Positions 46,814 to 56,447 of a DNA stretch of 64,000 bases are shown one piece after another. Source of the stretch: an uncultured Pseudomonadales bacterium (GTDB lineage Bacteria; Patescibacteriota; Microgenomatia; UBA1400; UBA1396); the NCBI GenBank assembly GCA_964511175.1, contig CAZEEI010000002.1, positions 2,063 through 66,062 of the forward strand, read 5' to 3'. Every line of letters starts with the position of its first letter. Positions within the stretch are counted from its first letter, which is position 1. A model generated the notes under the pieces. That model was not told the origin of the DNA, made no database searches, and saw only the letters and a program-made list of their open reading frames with translations. The position numbers and the translations under genes were made by a program.

Positions 46814-47665
46814 ATGAGATTTCACAAAGTTATGGTCAACATTGTCGAGCGGATGCGTCGGTTTATTACCAATGAGGCTGGCGTTAGGACGAGGCACCTA
46901 TTTCGTCTGAATATCGAACCTTTTGTCAGAATTGACGAAATTAAAATTAGGGGTCGAAAAAATTTGACCAAACTACCAGCCGGAAGATCAATTATTTTTG
47001 CCGTTACTCATTTGGATGATATTTCCGTACAAATTTTAGGTTATTGGTTGCTTAAAAATGGTTATGACGTTTTTTTCACACAGCAATCAGCACAGAAAAG
47101 TTTTCGCGAATCACCTCATATGGCAATGACGATGGTAGTTTTAGGCTGGAATCGCTTTTTTTCAATCCAATCCCGAACAGTTAAGGGAATGGTTCAAGGT
47201 AGAATTAATTATGGCGATTATCGCACTATTGCTCAGGCGGCACCCCAGTACTTAGTCATCGCTGCCCACAACCCGATTAAACCTTTCCAAAAGCACGAAC
47301 TTCCCCCTAAAGCCGGTAAAGCCGTACCTCTGACCGCTATTGTGATTAAGGGTATAGTATTGCCGGTGGCAATTCACTTTGAGGGTAGCGGGCCCACGAT
47401 GGAGAAGCTGGCTACCGGTTTTAGGAAACCAGTTATGATTAGTTTTGGTAAACCAATTGATTGTTTTGCTGATCAGGATATTTCCGCTGTGAAAGCTAGA
47501 AATATTGTTCAGCGCCTCCTGATTAGTGGTAATCAAGAGCAGCGTCTTGATCAGGAAACGATGGGGTATTTGAAAAAAATTGGCAACCAAATTATGTCGA
47601 CGTTGGCTTCGCTTCTGCCCGAGGAAGAAAAGGGTAATTGGGAGTCTGGCCAGCAAATGATATAG
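46814..47665 (+). CDS. Hypothetical protein (283 aa), weak acyltransferase-like resemblance
   Basis: GRKNLTKLPAGRSIIFAVTHLDD loosely resembles PlsC motif I, but the H-x4-D spacing is not canonical. Confidence 0.35.
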   Translation: MRFHKVMVNIVERMRRFITNEAGVRTRHLFRLNIEPFVRIDEIKIRGRKNLTKLPAGRSIIFAVTHLDDISVQILGYWLLKNGYDVFFTQQSAQKSFRESPHMAMTMVVLGWNRFFSIQSRTVKGMVQGRINYGDYRTIAQAAPQYLVIAAHNPIKPFQKHELPPKAGKAVPLTAIVIKGIVLPVAIHFEGSGPTMEKLATGFRKPVMISFGKPIDCFADQDISAVKARNIVQRLLISGNQEQRLDQETMGYLKKIGNQIMSTLASLLPEEEKGNWESGQQMI

Positions 47666-47690
47666 TGCTGGTGGGGAGTAAAATAGTGTT

Positions 47691-47945
47691 ATGATCGGAA
47701 AAACAGCGCGAATGGAACGCCACATCGACTTAAACAGGGGCAAAATCACTCAGACAGAATATGATCAGGAGGTGGAGGCGGCAATAGCAGTAGTTTTGCA
47801 ACGGTTTAGTGAAGTTTTAGCTGAGTTCGACAGCCCTGAGGCATTAATTGAGGCCTACAATGATGGAAAAATCACCTACAAAGACTATGTCGATAGTTTA
47901 AGAACCATGGCTCGACAGCGTTTCGAATTATTATTAATACGATAA
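47691..47945 (+). CDS. Hypothetical small protein (84 aa)
   Basis: ORF only. Confidence 0.3.
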   Translation: MIGKTARMERHIDLNRGKITQTEYDQEVEAAIAVVLQRFSEVLAEFDSPEALIEAYNDGKITYKDYVDSLRTMARQRFELLLIR

Positions 47946-48003
47946 TTTTTAGCTTTGGCGTAAGATAGGGTATAATTTTCTTGTACAGAAAAAAGGAGTA
48001 ACA

Positions 48004-48591
48004 ATGGATATTTTAATGATAATTTTAGTTCTAGCCGTGGCTTTAGCTTTTTACGTGGTTTTGGTTTACAACGGTCTGCAAACTTTACTGACCCAAATTG
48101 AAGCCGCCATCCAGGAGATTGGCAACCAGCTCAAACGACAGGCCAGCCTGATTCCTAATCTGGAAACTTCGGTTAAATCCTACCTCAAACATGAAAAGGA
48201 TATTTTTACACTGCTAAGCGAAGTGCGCCGCAACGTGGCTGATGCCGCCGCCAAGACAAATACTAAATCTTTGGATAAGGTTGAACAAAGTTTGCAGCAA
48301 ATTATTCCCAAACTGCAGGTGGTAGTCGAAGATAATCCGGAACTGAAGGCTAACGAAACAATCCAACAATTTATGGCCGAGCTGCGTGATACCGCTGACA
48401 AGTTAATGTATTCCCGCCGCGCGGTGATTGATTTAAGCCAGGTGTTTAATCAAAAGCTGATGACTTTTCCTTCTAATCTAGTGGCGAAAGTCTTTGGTTT
48501 TCAAAAACAAGTTGGCTTGGCGACTCCTCTAACCGGTTCACACTTGTCGGTTTCCACTGCCGAAATGCAGGAACCTAAAGTAGAACTATAA
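48004..48591 (+). CDS. LemA family protein
   Basis: N-terminal TM then LIPNLETSVKSYLKHEKDIFTLLSEVRRNVADAA, matching the LemA conserved core (IPNLV.TVKGYA.HE). Confidence 0.85.
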   Translation: MDILMIILVLAVALAFYVVLVYNGLQTLLTQIEAAIQEIGNQLKRQASLIPNLETSVKSYLKHEKDIFTLLSEVRRNVADAAAKTNTKSLDKVEQSLQQIIPKLQVVVEDNPELKANETIQQFMAELRDTADKLMYSRRAVIDLSQVFNQKLMTFPSNLVAKVFGFQKQVGLATPLTGSHLSVSTAEMQEPKVEL

Positions 48592-48598
48592 TGTAGGC

Positions 48599-49495
48599 AT
48601 GTCGGTTTACGCCGCTATTGCGGCTAACAAGCGTCAGTCGTGGTTAGTGGTGGGGAGTTTTTTCCTATTTGTCTCATTAGTGTTGTATGTTTTCCTGACT
48701 ATTTTTGGTTATGACGCGGCGACGATTGGTTTCTTCTTTATTTTGAGTGGTATTAGTTCGTGGGTGGGTTACTGGCAGTCAGATAGGATTATTTTGGGAC
48801 TGAGCGGCGCGCGGCCAGCCAGCCGTCAGCGGGATTTTCATTTTTATACTGTCACGGAAAATCTTTGCCTGGCCGCGCGCCTGCCTTTACCCAAACTCTA
48901 CGTCATCGAGGACACAGCGATGAACGCTTTTGCCACTGGTCGTGACCCAGAACATGCTGCCGTTTGCGCCACCACCGGTCTTTTGGATAGTCTGGACCGT
49001 ACCGAACTGGAAGGAGTGATTGCCCACGAGCTGTCGCACGTCCAAAATTACGATATTCGGCTGATGTCAGTAGTGGCAGTATTGGTTGGCCTAATTGCTT
49101 TGTTAGCTGATTTTTTCCTTCGCTGGGGTGGGGTTGGCCGCCGCCGCAGTAGAGACGATAATTCGAACGGCGCCGTCTTAGTGATTATCGGGGTGGGGCT
49201 AGCTCTATTGTCGCCACTAATTGCCCAGCTGATCCAGTTGGCCATTTCCCGCAACCGGGAGTTTTTGGCTGACGCCAGTGCTGTTAAATTAACCCGTCAT
49301 CCGGATGGTTTGGCGCGCGCTTTGTCTAAATTAAGCCAAGACCGCGAACCGCTGGAGGCAGCTAACAAGGCCACCGCCCATTTATATATTGTGAATCCGC
49401 TGCAGAATCACCACGACGCAGTTGGGTGGTTTGCCGGATTATTTGCGACTCACCCGCCGATTGTGGAACGTGTGGCGCGTTTGCAGGCGATGTGA
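48599..49495 (+). CDS. htpX: M48 family zinc metalloprotease HtpX-like
   Basis: HELSHVQNYD (HExxH), four TM helices, and NAFATG. Classic LemA-HtpX gene pair. Confidence 0.85.
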   Translation: MSVYAAIAANKRQSWLVVGSFFLFVSLVLYVFLTIFGYDAATIGFFFILSGISSWVGYWQSDRIILGLSGARPASRQRDFHFYTVTENLCLAARLPLPKLYVIEDTAMNAFATGRDPEHAAVCATTGLLDSLDRTELEGVIAHELSHVQNYDIRLMSVVAVLVGLIALLADFFLRWGGVGRRRSRDDNSNGAVLVIIGVGLALLSPLIAQLIQLAISRNREFLADASAVKLTRHPDGLARALSKLSQDREPLEAANKATAHLYIVNPLQNHHDAVGWFAGLFATHPPIVERVARLQAM

Positions 49496-49540
49496 TGGGT
49501 AATATTTTGACTTTTGCTCGATAATCAATAGAATGTCAGC

Positions 49541-50035
49541 ATGGCTACTATTGTGCGTGGCAGACAAACGGAAAAGATTCGCCCAGCAACCGGTTGGCAT
49601 CCTGATTTAGATCCACCACCTTTTGCCAATAATGCGGCGGCACGCCAGGCGGCAATTAGTTTCATTGGTAGTATCACCGATATTCCCTCTTTCAATTATC
49701 CTTTTCCTTACGATATTCATTCATTAGGGAAACACACTTTTCTAACACCAGAGGATATTTTGCCAGACGTGAGTATTCGTCAGCGTTTTGCCGCGATTAA
49801 ATTATCCGAAATTAAGCAAGGTGATAAAGTAATCGGTCATAACATTAAATTGCAGTACAGTCCCTACTTTGGGGGAATACAATTTGTGATCAATATTCGC
49901 TATGATGCTCACCCCAATGGTCCAAGCGAGTGGCGATTTGGTATTGTTGAATCCTGGGATGTACGCATTAGTAGTTCCGGTAAACAGCTTACTAAAGCAG
50001 GTGTGGGCCAGCATTTTGTAGTTCAGAGATCGTAA
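49541..50035 (+). CDS. Hypothetical protein (164 aa)
   Basis: ORF only; not a Clp N-domain. Confidence 0.4.
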   Translation: MATIVRGRQTEKIRPATGWHPDLDPPPFANNAAARQAAISFIGSITDIPSFNYPFPYDIHSLGKHTFLTPEDILPDVSIRQRFAAIKLSEIKQGDKVIGHNIKLQYSPYFGGIQFVINIRYDAHPNGPSEWRFGIVESWDVRISSSGKQLTKAGVGQHFVVQRS

Positions 50036-50086
50036 ATCTATCACTCCTCTTGATCGATTGCTAGACTCGTTTTACAATGGCTAGGT

Positions 50087-52231
50087 ATGGACATGTATCC
50101 CGCGCCAGAAGAAAAAAAACTGGCGGATTTCACCACCGATATTACCGCTTTGGCTAAAGAGGGCAAACTTGATCCAGTAATTGGCCGGGAAGCCGAAATC
50201 CGCCGGATTATTCAAGTTTTGTCCCGCCGCACCAAGAATAACCCAGTCTTGGTAGGTGAACCAGGTGTTGGTAAAACGGCGGTAGTAGAAGGTTTGGCTC
50301 AACGAATTATCAACGACGATGTGCCTAGTTCCTTGCGCGGTAAGCGGATCTTGTCACTGGAAATGGCTTCGGTACTAGCTGGTGCCAAATTTCGCGGCGA
50401 GTTTGAGGAACGGCTGAAGAAAGTTATTGAAGAAGTAGTGGGTTCGGATGGCCAAATTATCCTGTTTATTGATGAGCTGCATACCATTGTGGGCGCCGGC
50501 GGGGCGGAGGGGGCAGTGGACGCCGGGAATATGCTCAAGCCGGCGCTGGCGCGGGGTCAATTACGGCTAATTGGTTCGACTACTCTTAATGAGTATCGTT
50601 TGCATATCGAAAAAGATTCGGCCTTGGAGCGGCGTTTCCAACCAGTGTTTATCGAACCGCCTTCGGTGGAGGATACCATCTCTATTCTGCGCGGCCTGAA
50701 GGAGCGTTACGAACTACATCACGGTGTGCGGATTACTGATGATGCCCTCGTAGCGGCCGCTCAACTTTCCGACCGTTATATTCCAGCGCGTTTTTTGCCG
50801 GATAAAGCCATCGACTTAGTCGACGAAGCTGCCTCTGCCTTGAAGATTGAGACCGAGTCTGATCCAGCGGAAATCGATTCGCTCAAGCGCAAAAAAACCA
50901 AGCTGGAAATTGAAGAGAAAGCTCTAAAAAAAGAGTCTTCGGCGGAGGCTAAGCAGCGGCGTGAGGAAGTGCAGAGTGAGTTGACCGAACTGGTCGATCG
51001 GTTGAAAAAACTGCAGCAGCACTGGCGGGAACAAAAGGACTTGTTGCAAACTTTACAGTCGGCGCGCACACAGTTGGAAGGTAAGAAAGCAGAACTGGAA
51101 AAAGCCGAACGTAATGTTGAGCTGGAAAAGGCCGCCGAAATTAAGTACGGCCAGATTCCGGATTTGCAACAGCGCCTCGACCAGGCCCAGGCGGCTTGGA
51201 GCCAAATTCCGGCTAACGAACGTTTGCTCAAGGAAGAAGTAGCGGAAGAAGATATTGCCAAAGTGGTAGCCAAGTGGACCGGCGTGCCGGTGACTCAATT
51301 GGTTAAAAATGAGAGCGAGCGTCTTTTACATTTAGAAGAATCTTTGGCCAAACGGGTGGTGGGTCAAAGTGAGGCTTTGGAAGCGGTGGCCAGCGCCATT
51401 CGTCGTTCGCGAGTGGGGATTGCGGAACCCCACAAACCTTTAGCAACATTTTTGTTTTTGGGTCCAACCGGCGTTGGCAAAACGGAGACAGCGCGCGCTT
51501 TGGCTGAAGTCTTATTTGGTGACGAGCGGGCGATAGTGCGTCTGGACATGAGCGAGTATAGCGAGTCGCACACTGTGGCGCGGCTGATTGGTGCGCCACC
51601 TGGGTATATCGGTTTTGAGGCCGGCGGCCAATTAACGGAAGCGGTGCGGCGGCGGCCGTACGCAGTGATTTTGCTCGATGAAATGGAAAAGGCCGATCCA
51701 CAGATTTTTAACGTTTTTCTGCAAGTGTTAGACGACGGCCGCCTCACTGACGGCCAGGGTCGCACGGTCGACTTTACTAACACGGTGATTATTATGACCT
51801 CGAATGTTGGTTCGGAATTATTGCTGGCGCAAGCTTCGACTAAGGACGATAAAGGAGAACTTCAGGAGAAAATTTGGGATCGTTTGCGCGCTACTTTCAA
51901 GCCGGAATTTTTAAACCGCATCGACCATATCATTATGTATGAGCCCCTTTCGGCCGATCAGCTTAAACAGATTGTTGGTAAGCAACTGCAAGACGTTACC
52001 ACGATGCTTAAAACCCATAGAGTGAATCTGACCATCACGAGTGGCGCCCAGGATTGGTTAGCCGAAAATGGTTATGACCCGGCTTTTGGTGCCCGGCCGC
52101 TTAAACGCCTCATTCAGACAGAGATTCTCGATCAGGTGGCAATTAAAATGCTGGAACGGGAAGATGAGAATAAGCCCCTGTCACTGCAGGCCGATAAGGC
52201 TCCTAAGGGTGTTGGCTTAATATTAGCCTAA
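50087..52231 (+). CDS. clpB: ClpB-type AAA+ disaggregase lacking the N-terminal domain
   Basis: Begins at the linker that follows the N-domain in full-length ClpB (KLDPVIGREAEIRRIIQVLSRRTKNNPVLVGEPGVGKTAVVEGLAQRI). Two AAA modules and a long coiled-coil M-domain between them (ESDPAEIDSLKRKKTKLEIEEKALKKE...). 714 aa. Confidence 0.9.
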   Translation: MDMYPAPEEKKLADFTTDITALAKEGKLDPVIGREAEIRRIIQVLSRRTKNNPVLVGEPGVGKTAVVEGLAQRIINDDVPSSLRGKRILSLEMASVLAGAKFRGEFEERLKKVIEEVVGSDGQIILFIDELHTIVGAGGAEGAVDAGNMLKPALARGQLRLIGSTTLNEYRLHIEKDSALERRFQPVFIEPPSVEDTISILRGLKERYELHHGVRITDDALVAAAQLSDRYIPARFLPDKAIDLVDEAASALKIETESDPAEIDSLKRKKTKLEIEEKALKKESSAEAKQRREEVQSELTELVDRLKKLQQHWREQKDLLQTLQSARTQLEGKKAELEKAERNVELEKAAEIKYGQIPDLQQRLDQAQAAWSQIPANERLLKEEVAEEDIAKVVAKWTGVPVTQLVKNESERLLHLEESLAKRVVGQSEALEAVASAIRRSRVGIAEPHKPLATFLFLGPTGVGKTETARALAEVLFGDERAIVRLDMSEYSESHTVARLIGAPPGYIGFEAGGQLTEAVRRRPYAVILLDEMEKADPQIFNVFLQVLDDGRLTDGQGRTVDFTNTVIIMTSNVGSELLLAQASTKDDKGELQEKIWDRLRATFKPEFLNRIDHIIMYEPLSADQLKQIVGKQLQDVTTMLKTHRVNLTITSGAQDWLAENGYDPAFGARPLKRLIQTEILDQVAIKMLEREDENKPLSLQADKAPKGVGLILA

Positions 52232-52339
52232 CAACGAACCTTAGCGAATAATTTCGACACCATCTATTTCTACCCCAAAATATATCATAATTACCTAAAT
52301 CGAGAATAATTTTGGCTGATTTTGTTATAATAATCTCTA

Positions 52340-53551
52340 ATGAAAAGTAGGGATTTGCTACAACCTGGCTTGAGTTCGGTTGATTTTTCTCTGGCTCGGA
52401 AATCCAATATTGATATTACCAGCTATGAACTGGCGTTGCCTCAAATAACAGGCCCCAATGTAGTTGAACAAGCCTTTAACGAAGAAAGTAACCGTGGATT
52501 ATTACGGGAAATACGTAAAAAGTTTGCCAGAGCCCAAAAATACGTAGTAATTTGTGGCGATTTCGGTTTAGGTGATGCCATTATACAGGCTCGTTATGCT
52601 CTACTTTTAGCCCAAAAAACTCACCGACCAGTGATTTGCCAAGTTCAGCCGGTTCTTTTGGACAGTTTAAAATTGAGTAGTCGAGCGACTAGTATTTCTT
52701 ATGTTGAGGTCGTTCCGCGAGATATTGTGTTGGATTCTGATACTTTTATCATTGATCTTGAATACTCCCTTACTAAAAATATGAGAGGGTGGGGAGAATC
52801 ATTAAATATGGATGATATTCGCAACATTAGGGACAAAGAGCGTTATTATGATGATGATTACCGCAGGCGATTTAATCTAGATTTAGCCTCAATATTAGAT
52901 AAATTTTTTATCAATACCCAGCAGGGAAACAATCGCACTGAAGCTAAATATGCTTTAGCGCTATTACTTTTAGGAGATATTAAATTAACCAGAAAAGAAA
53001 TAAAAGGTTCTTCTTTGACTGGTTTTTCTGCATCAGAAGTTAGGATTATACCCCAAGATTTAGATTTACTCATTGCTCCAGATGCCGGAGAAGTAGAGGT
53101 ATCTAAAGAGAATCGTTCGCGCAAATCTCTTGATTTAAAATCCTGGGAAAGGTTATTCGAAATTATGCCGACTCATTTCAAAATAGGTATTGTCCAAGGG
53201 ATATCTCACCCGCGGTATTGTCGACAAGTCGTTGATTTAGGTATTGGGCGGCAACTTAATATACAAATTATTCAGGGGAATTTACTGCATTTTGCCAAAC
53301 AAGTACTGCGAGCAAAGCATTTTGTAGGAGTCGACTCAGGAACGACTCATTTGGCTGTTGATGTTGTGCGCAGCGCCCGCCGCCACAAACGTGATATTAA
53401 AATTTGGGAGTTTTTTAATACCGGTTTTGTTTTACCCGAGGATAATGCCATCACCGAGGGAGTTGTGGCTGAAGCTAGTGTTTTCGGTAACAATGAGTGG
53501 GACTTTAAAGATCGGGATATAGAGAAATTTCAACAATGGTTGATGTCTTAA
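52340..53551 (+). CDS. GT9-like glycosyltransferase (heptosyltransferase family-like), AT-rich
   Basis: N-terminal KYVVICGDFGLGDAIIQARYALLLAQ resembles the GT9 ...LGD... motif, and C-terminal FVGVDSGTTHLAVDV resembles GT9 DSGpmHLAAA. A TATAAT lies 9 nt upstream of the ATG. Confidence 0.45.
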   Translation: MKSRDLLQPGLSSVDFSLARKSNIDITSYELALPQITGPNVVEQAFNEESNRGLLREIRKKFARAQKYVVICGDFGLGDAIIQARYALLLAQKTHRPVICQVQPVLLDSLKLSSRATSISYVEVVPRDIVLDSDTFIIDLEYSLTKNMRGWGESLNMDDIRNIRDKERYYDDDYRRRFNLDLASILDKFFINTQQGNNRTEAKYALALLLLGDIKLTRKEIKGSSLTGFSASEVRIIPQDLDLLIAPDAGEVEVSKENRSRKSLDLKSWERLFEIMPTHFKIGIVQGISHPRYCRQVVDLGIGRQLNIQIIQGNLLHFAKQVLRAKHFVGVDSGTTHLAVDVVRSARRHKRDIKIWEFFNTGFVLPEDNAITEGVVAEASVFGNNEWDFKDRDIEKFQQWLMS

Positions 53552-53554
53552 ATA

Positions 53555-54682
53555 ATGTCGATGCGCTACAATGAAATGACTATGGATAACGTTGATTTTC
53601 GTCCGCCCGCTTTATCGATTGCCGAAATAGGCATGATACTTGGTGATGAGGCCGCTAATTTGTTGGAGCATACTTGTCAGACCGTACGGCGAGAGGATTT
53701 GCACTTGCCTTCACCCCATTTTGTGGACGAAATTTGGGGCATTTCCGACCGCAGTGAAAAGGTGCGTAGTAATTTAACCCGCCTGTTCGAACACGGCCGT
53801 TTGGCTGGTACCGGTTATCTTTCGATTTTGCCGGTCGACCAAGGTGTGGAACATTCGGCTGGTGCGGCTTTTGCGGCTAATCCGATCTACTTCGATCCGG
53901 AAAATATTGTGCGTCTAGCCATCGAAGGTGGTTGTAACGGGGTAGCGTCTACGCTTGGTGTTCTGGGTGCCGTCAGTGGCCGTTATGCTAGCCAAATTCC
54001 CTTGATTGTTAAGTTAAATCATAATGAATTGTTGAGTTATCCCAATACCCACGATCAGACGATGTATGCCTCGGTGGAGCAGGCTTATGATCTGGGTGCG
54101 GTAGGAGTAGGGGCGACTATTTATTTTGGTTCACCCGAAAGTCGCCGGCAGATTTGGGAAGTGGGGCAGGCTTTTGCGCGAGCGCATGAACTAGGTTTAT
54201 TGACAATCTTGTGGTGTTACGTGCGCAATGAGGCCTTTGCTGTGGAAGGGGTTAATTATGAGACTTCGGCTGATCTGACTGGTCAGGCCAACTATCTGGG
54301 TGCGACGATCGAAGCCGATATTGTGAAGCAGAAACTACCGGAGTCAAACGGTGGTTTTAAAGCGCTAAACACTGGTGTTTCCAGTTACGGCAAACTGGAT
54401 GAGCGAATGTACACTGAGTTGGCCAGCAACCATCCGATTGATCTGTGTCGCTACCAGGTGCTAAATGGTTTTGCCGGCCGAGTGGGACTGATTAATTCGG
54501 GTGGCGCTTCCGGTGAGAACGACTTGGCGGCGGCGGTGCGGGCGGCGGTAATTAATAAACGAGCCGGTGGTATGGGTTTGATTAGTGGCCGCAAGGCTTT
54601 CCAAAAACCTCTTGATGAGGGTGTCACCCTGCTGCACGCAATTCAAGACGTTTATCTTTGTCCAGAAGTAACGGTGGCCTGA
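53555..54682 (+). CDS. fbaB: Class I fructose-bisphosphate aldolase (FbaB/DhnA type)
   Basis: Long near-identical stretches to E. coli FbaB as recalled from memory ([50 protein letters not shown]...[23 protein letters not shown]...[17 protein letters not shown]). Confidence 0.9.
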   Translation: MSMRYNEMTMDNVDFRPPALSIAEIGMILGDEAANLLEHTCQTVRREDLHLPSPHFVDEIWGISDRSEKVRSNLTRLFEHGRLAGTGYLSILPVDQGVEHSAGAAFAANPIYFDPENIVRLAIEGGCNGVASTLGVLGAVSGRYASQIPLIVKLNHNELLSYPNTHDQTMYASVEQAYDLGAVGVGATIYFGSPESRRQIWEVGQAFARAHELGLLTILWCYVRNEAFAVEGVNYETSADLTGQANYLGATIEADIVKQKLPESNGGFKALNTGVSSYGKLDERMYTELASNHPIDLCRYQVLNGFAGRVGLINSGGASGENDLAAAVRAAVINKRAGGMGLISGRKAFQKPLDEGVTLLHAIQDVYLCPEVTVA

Positions 54683-54689
54683 GGTAGAG

Positions 54690-54736
54690 GGGTCAGACCC
54701 ACCCCCTAGGTCAGACCTATGCCAGGGTCAGACCCC
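54690..54736. terminator. Bidirectional terminator region with three GGTCAGACC repeats between convergent fbaB and glyA
   Basis: GGGGTCAGACCCACCCCC and GGGTCAGACCCC hairpins; the GGTCAGACC core occurs three times. Confidence 0.4.
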
Positions 54737-56032
54737 TACCGGAAATTGAGTACAAAGCTTTTTTACTTCCTGGCGAATAGTCTTTAATTCCTGACTGTTT
54801 TCCGCCCAAACCTGTGCTTCCTGTAACAACCGATGGCGCTCTTCTTTTCCTTGTGGCAGTACAAACTTTCGGCTTATCTTTTCGATATCGGCAATCCAAT
54901 CGGCGATTTGAATCATCTCCATTTGGCCCATGCCACGGGTAGTGACAGCGGGTGTTCCTAAGCGAACGCCAGAGGGGTAGAAGGGCGAATTAGGTTCGTT
55001 GGGCACGGTATTTTTGTTGGCATATAAGCCGGCTTGAGCCATGGCGTAAGCCAACTGGGTGCCACCGCCCCAGTCGCGTACATCGATAATCATGAGGTGA
55101 TTTTCCGTGCCGCCGCCAACCAGTGTCAAGCCTCTTTCTTGCAATCGGTTGGCCAGGGCAGCAGCGTTGGCGACAATTTGCTGAGCATATTGTTTAAAAT
55201 TTGGGCGGACCGCTTCCGCCAAAGCCACCGCGATGCCCGCGGTGGTATTATTGTGCGGCCCGCCCTGCAGTCCAGGAAAAACCGCACAATCAATTTTTTT
55301 ACCCAACTCAGGATCGCGCCTTAAACCTTTTTCTGTCACCAAAATCATGGCACCCCGTGGTCCGCGCAGAGTTTTGTGGGTAGTGGTCATCACCACGTGC
55401 GCGTACGGCACCGGCGAAGGATGTTGTCCGCCCACTACCAGTCCGGCAATATGGGAAATATCCGCTACCAGCCAAGCGCCCACCGCCTCAGCCACTTTAG
55501 CAAAACCGGCAAAGTCGAGGACAAACGGGTAGGCGGTTGTACCGATAATTATCAACTTCGGCTGAGTTTTTTCTGCCAACCCTAATAGCTCATTCAGATC
55601 AATTCGCGCATTTTCAGCGAGTCCGAACTGTGCCGAATGAAAATATTTGCCGCTAAAAGTAATTTTAGGATGTCCATGGGTTAAGTGGCCACCGCTAGCT
55701 AACTGTAGGCCCATAATCGTATCACCTGGTTCTAGTAAGGCCATCTCAATTGCCGCATTGGCCGGTGAGCCGCTATATGGTTGGACGTTAACGTGGGGAA
55801 CACCAAACAACTTTTTCGCCCGTTCGATGGCTAGCGTTTCAATTTCATCAATAAATTGGTTACCCTCATAATAGCGTCGGCGTGGATAACCCTCGGAATA
55901 TTTATTCATTAGACAAGAACCTACCGCTTGTTGAACTTCGGCTGAGGCGTAATTTTCGGAAGGAATCAGCTGAATAGCCGATGTTTGTCGATCAAGTTCC
56001 TGGGCAATAAGAGAAAAAATCTGATCAGACAT
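54728..56032 (-). CDS. glyA: Serine hydroxymethyltransferase
   Basis: LIPSENYASAEVQQA..., PLP lysine region TTTHKTLRGPRGAMI; 434 aa. Confidence 0.95.
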   Translation of the reverse strand: MSDQIFSLIAQELDRQTSAIQLIPSENYASAEVQQAVGSCLMNKYSEGYPRRRYYEGNQFIDEIETLAIERAKKLFGVPHVNVQPYSGSPANAAIEMALLEPGDTIMGLQLASGGHLTHGHPKITFSGKYFHSAQFGLAENARIDLNELLGLAEKTQPKLIIIGTTAYPFVLDFAGFAKVAEAVGAWLVADISHIAGLVVGGQHPSPVPYAHVVMTTTHKTLRGPRGAMILVTEKGLRRDPELGKKIDCAVFPGLQGGPHNNTTAGIAVALAEAVRPNFKQYAQQIVANAAALANRLQERGLTLVGGGTENHLMIIDVRDWGGGTQLAYAMAQAGLYANKNTVPNEPNSPFYPSGVRLGTPAVTTRGMGQMEMIQIADWIADIEKISRKFVLPQGKEERHRLLQEAQVWAENSQELKTIRQEVKKLCTQFPVGV

Positions 56033-56143
56033 AACACAGTTATCCTATATCAACTCTTGGCAGTTAGGAAGGGGAAAAAGAACTTAACTGAGGGGTCCGA
56101 TTCCCCTCGGGTCCACACCATATTTTGTAGTACAATTTAACCC

Positions 56144-56446
56144 ATGAGCAGCGACATCACCCCGGCCGTAGTGGCCCACATTGCCCTTCTGGCTAACCTT
56201 GATGTTTCCGCTCAAGAACAACAGGAATTTGCCCAGGCCTTTTCGGCTACTTTAGACGAGGTTGCTAAATTGAGCACAATCGACACTACCAACTTAGAGC
56301 CAACTAACCACGTTACCGGTTTAACCAACGTTTGGCGGGAGGACATAGTTGACTCCGAGCGATTAATTTCTCAGGAAAAAATTCTCAGCCAAGCGATTCA
56401 TAGTTTGCGCGGCTATGTAGTGGTTGATCGGGTACTAGAGGATTAG
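56144..56446 (+). CDS. gatC: Asp/Glu-tRNA amidotransferase subunit C
   Basis: About 100 aa; VAHIALLANLDVSAQEQQEF...LEPTNHVTGLTNVWREDIV is typical GatC. Directly upstream of gatA. Confidence 0.85.
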   Translation: MSSDITPAVVAHIALLANLDVSAQEQQEFAQAFSATLDEVAKLSTIDTTNLEPTNHVTGLTNVWREDIVDSERLISQEKILSQAIHSLRGYVVVDRVLED

Positions 56447-56447
56447 C

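Noticed and set aside
54683-54740. Possible CRISPR array (short GGTCAGACC repeats)
   Set aside because: Only three 9-bp units with 8-10-bp spacers and no cas genes. This fits terminator hairpins, not a CRISPR array.
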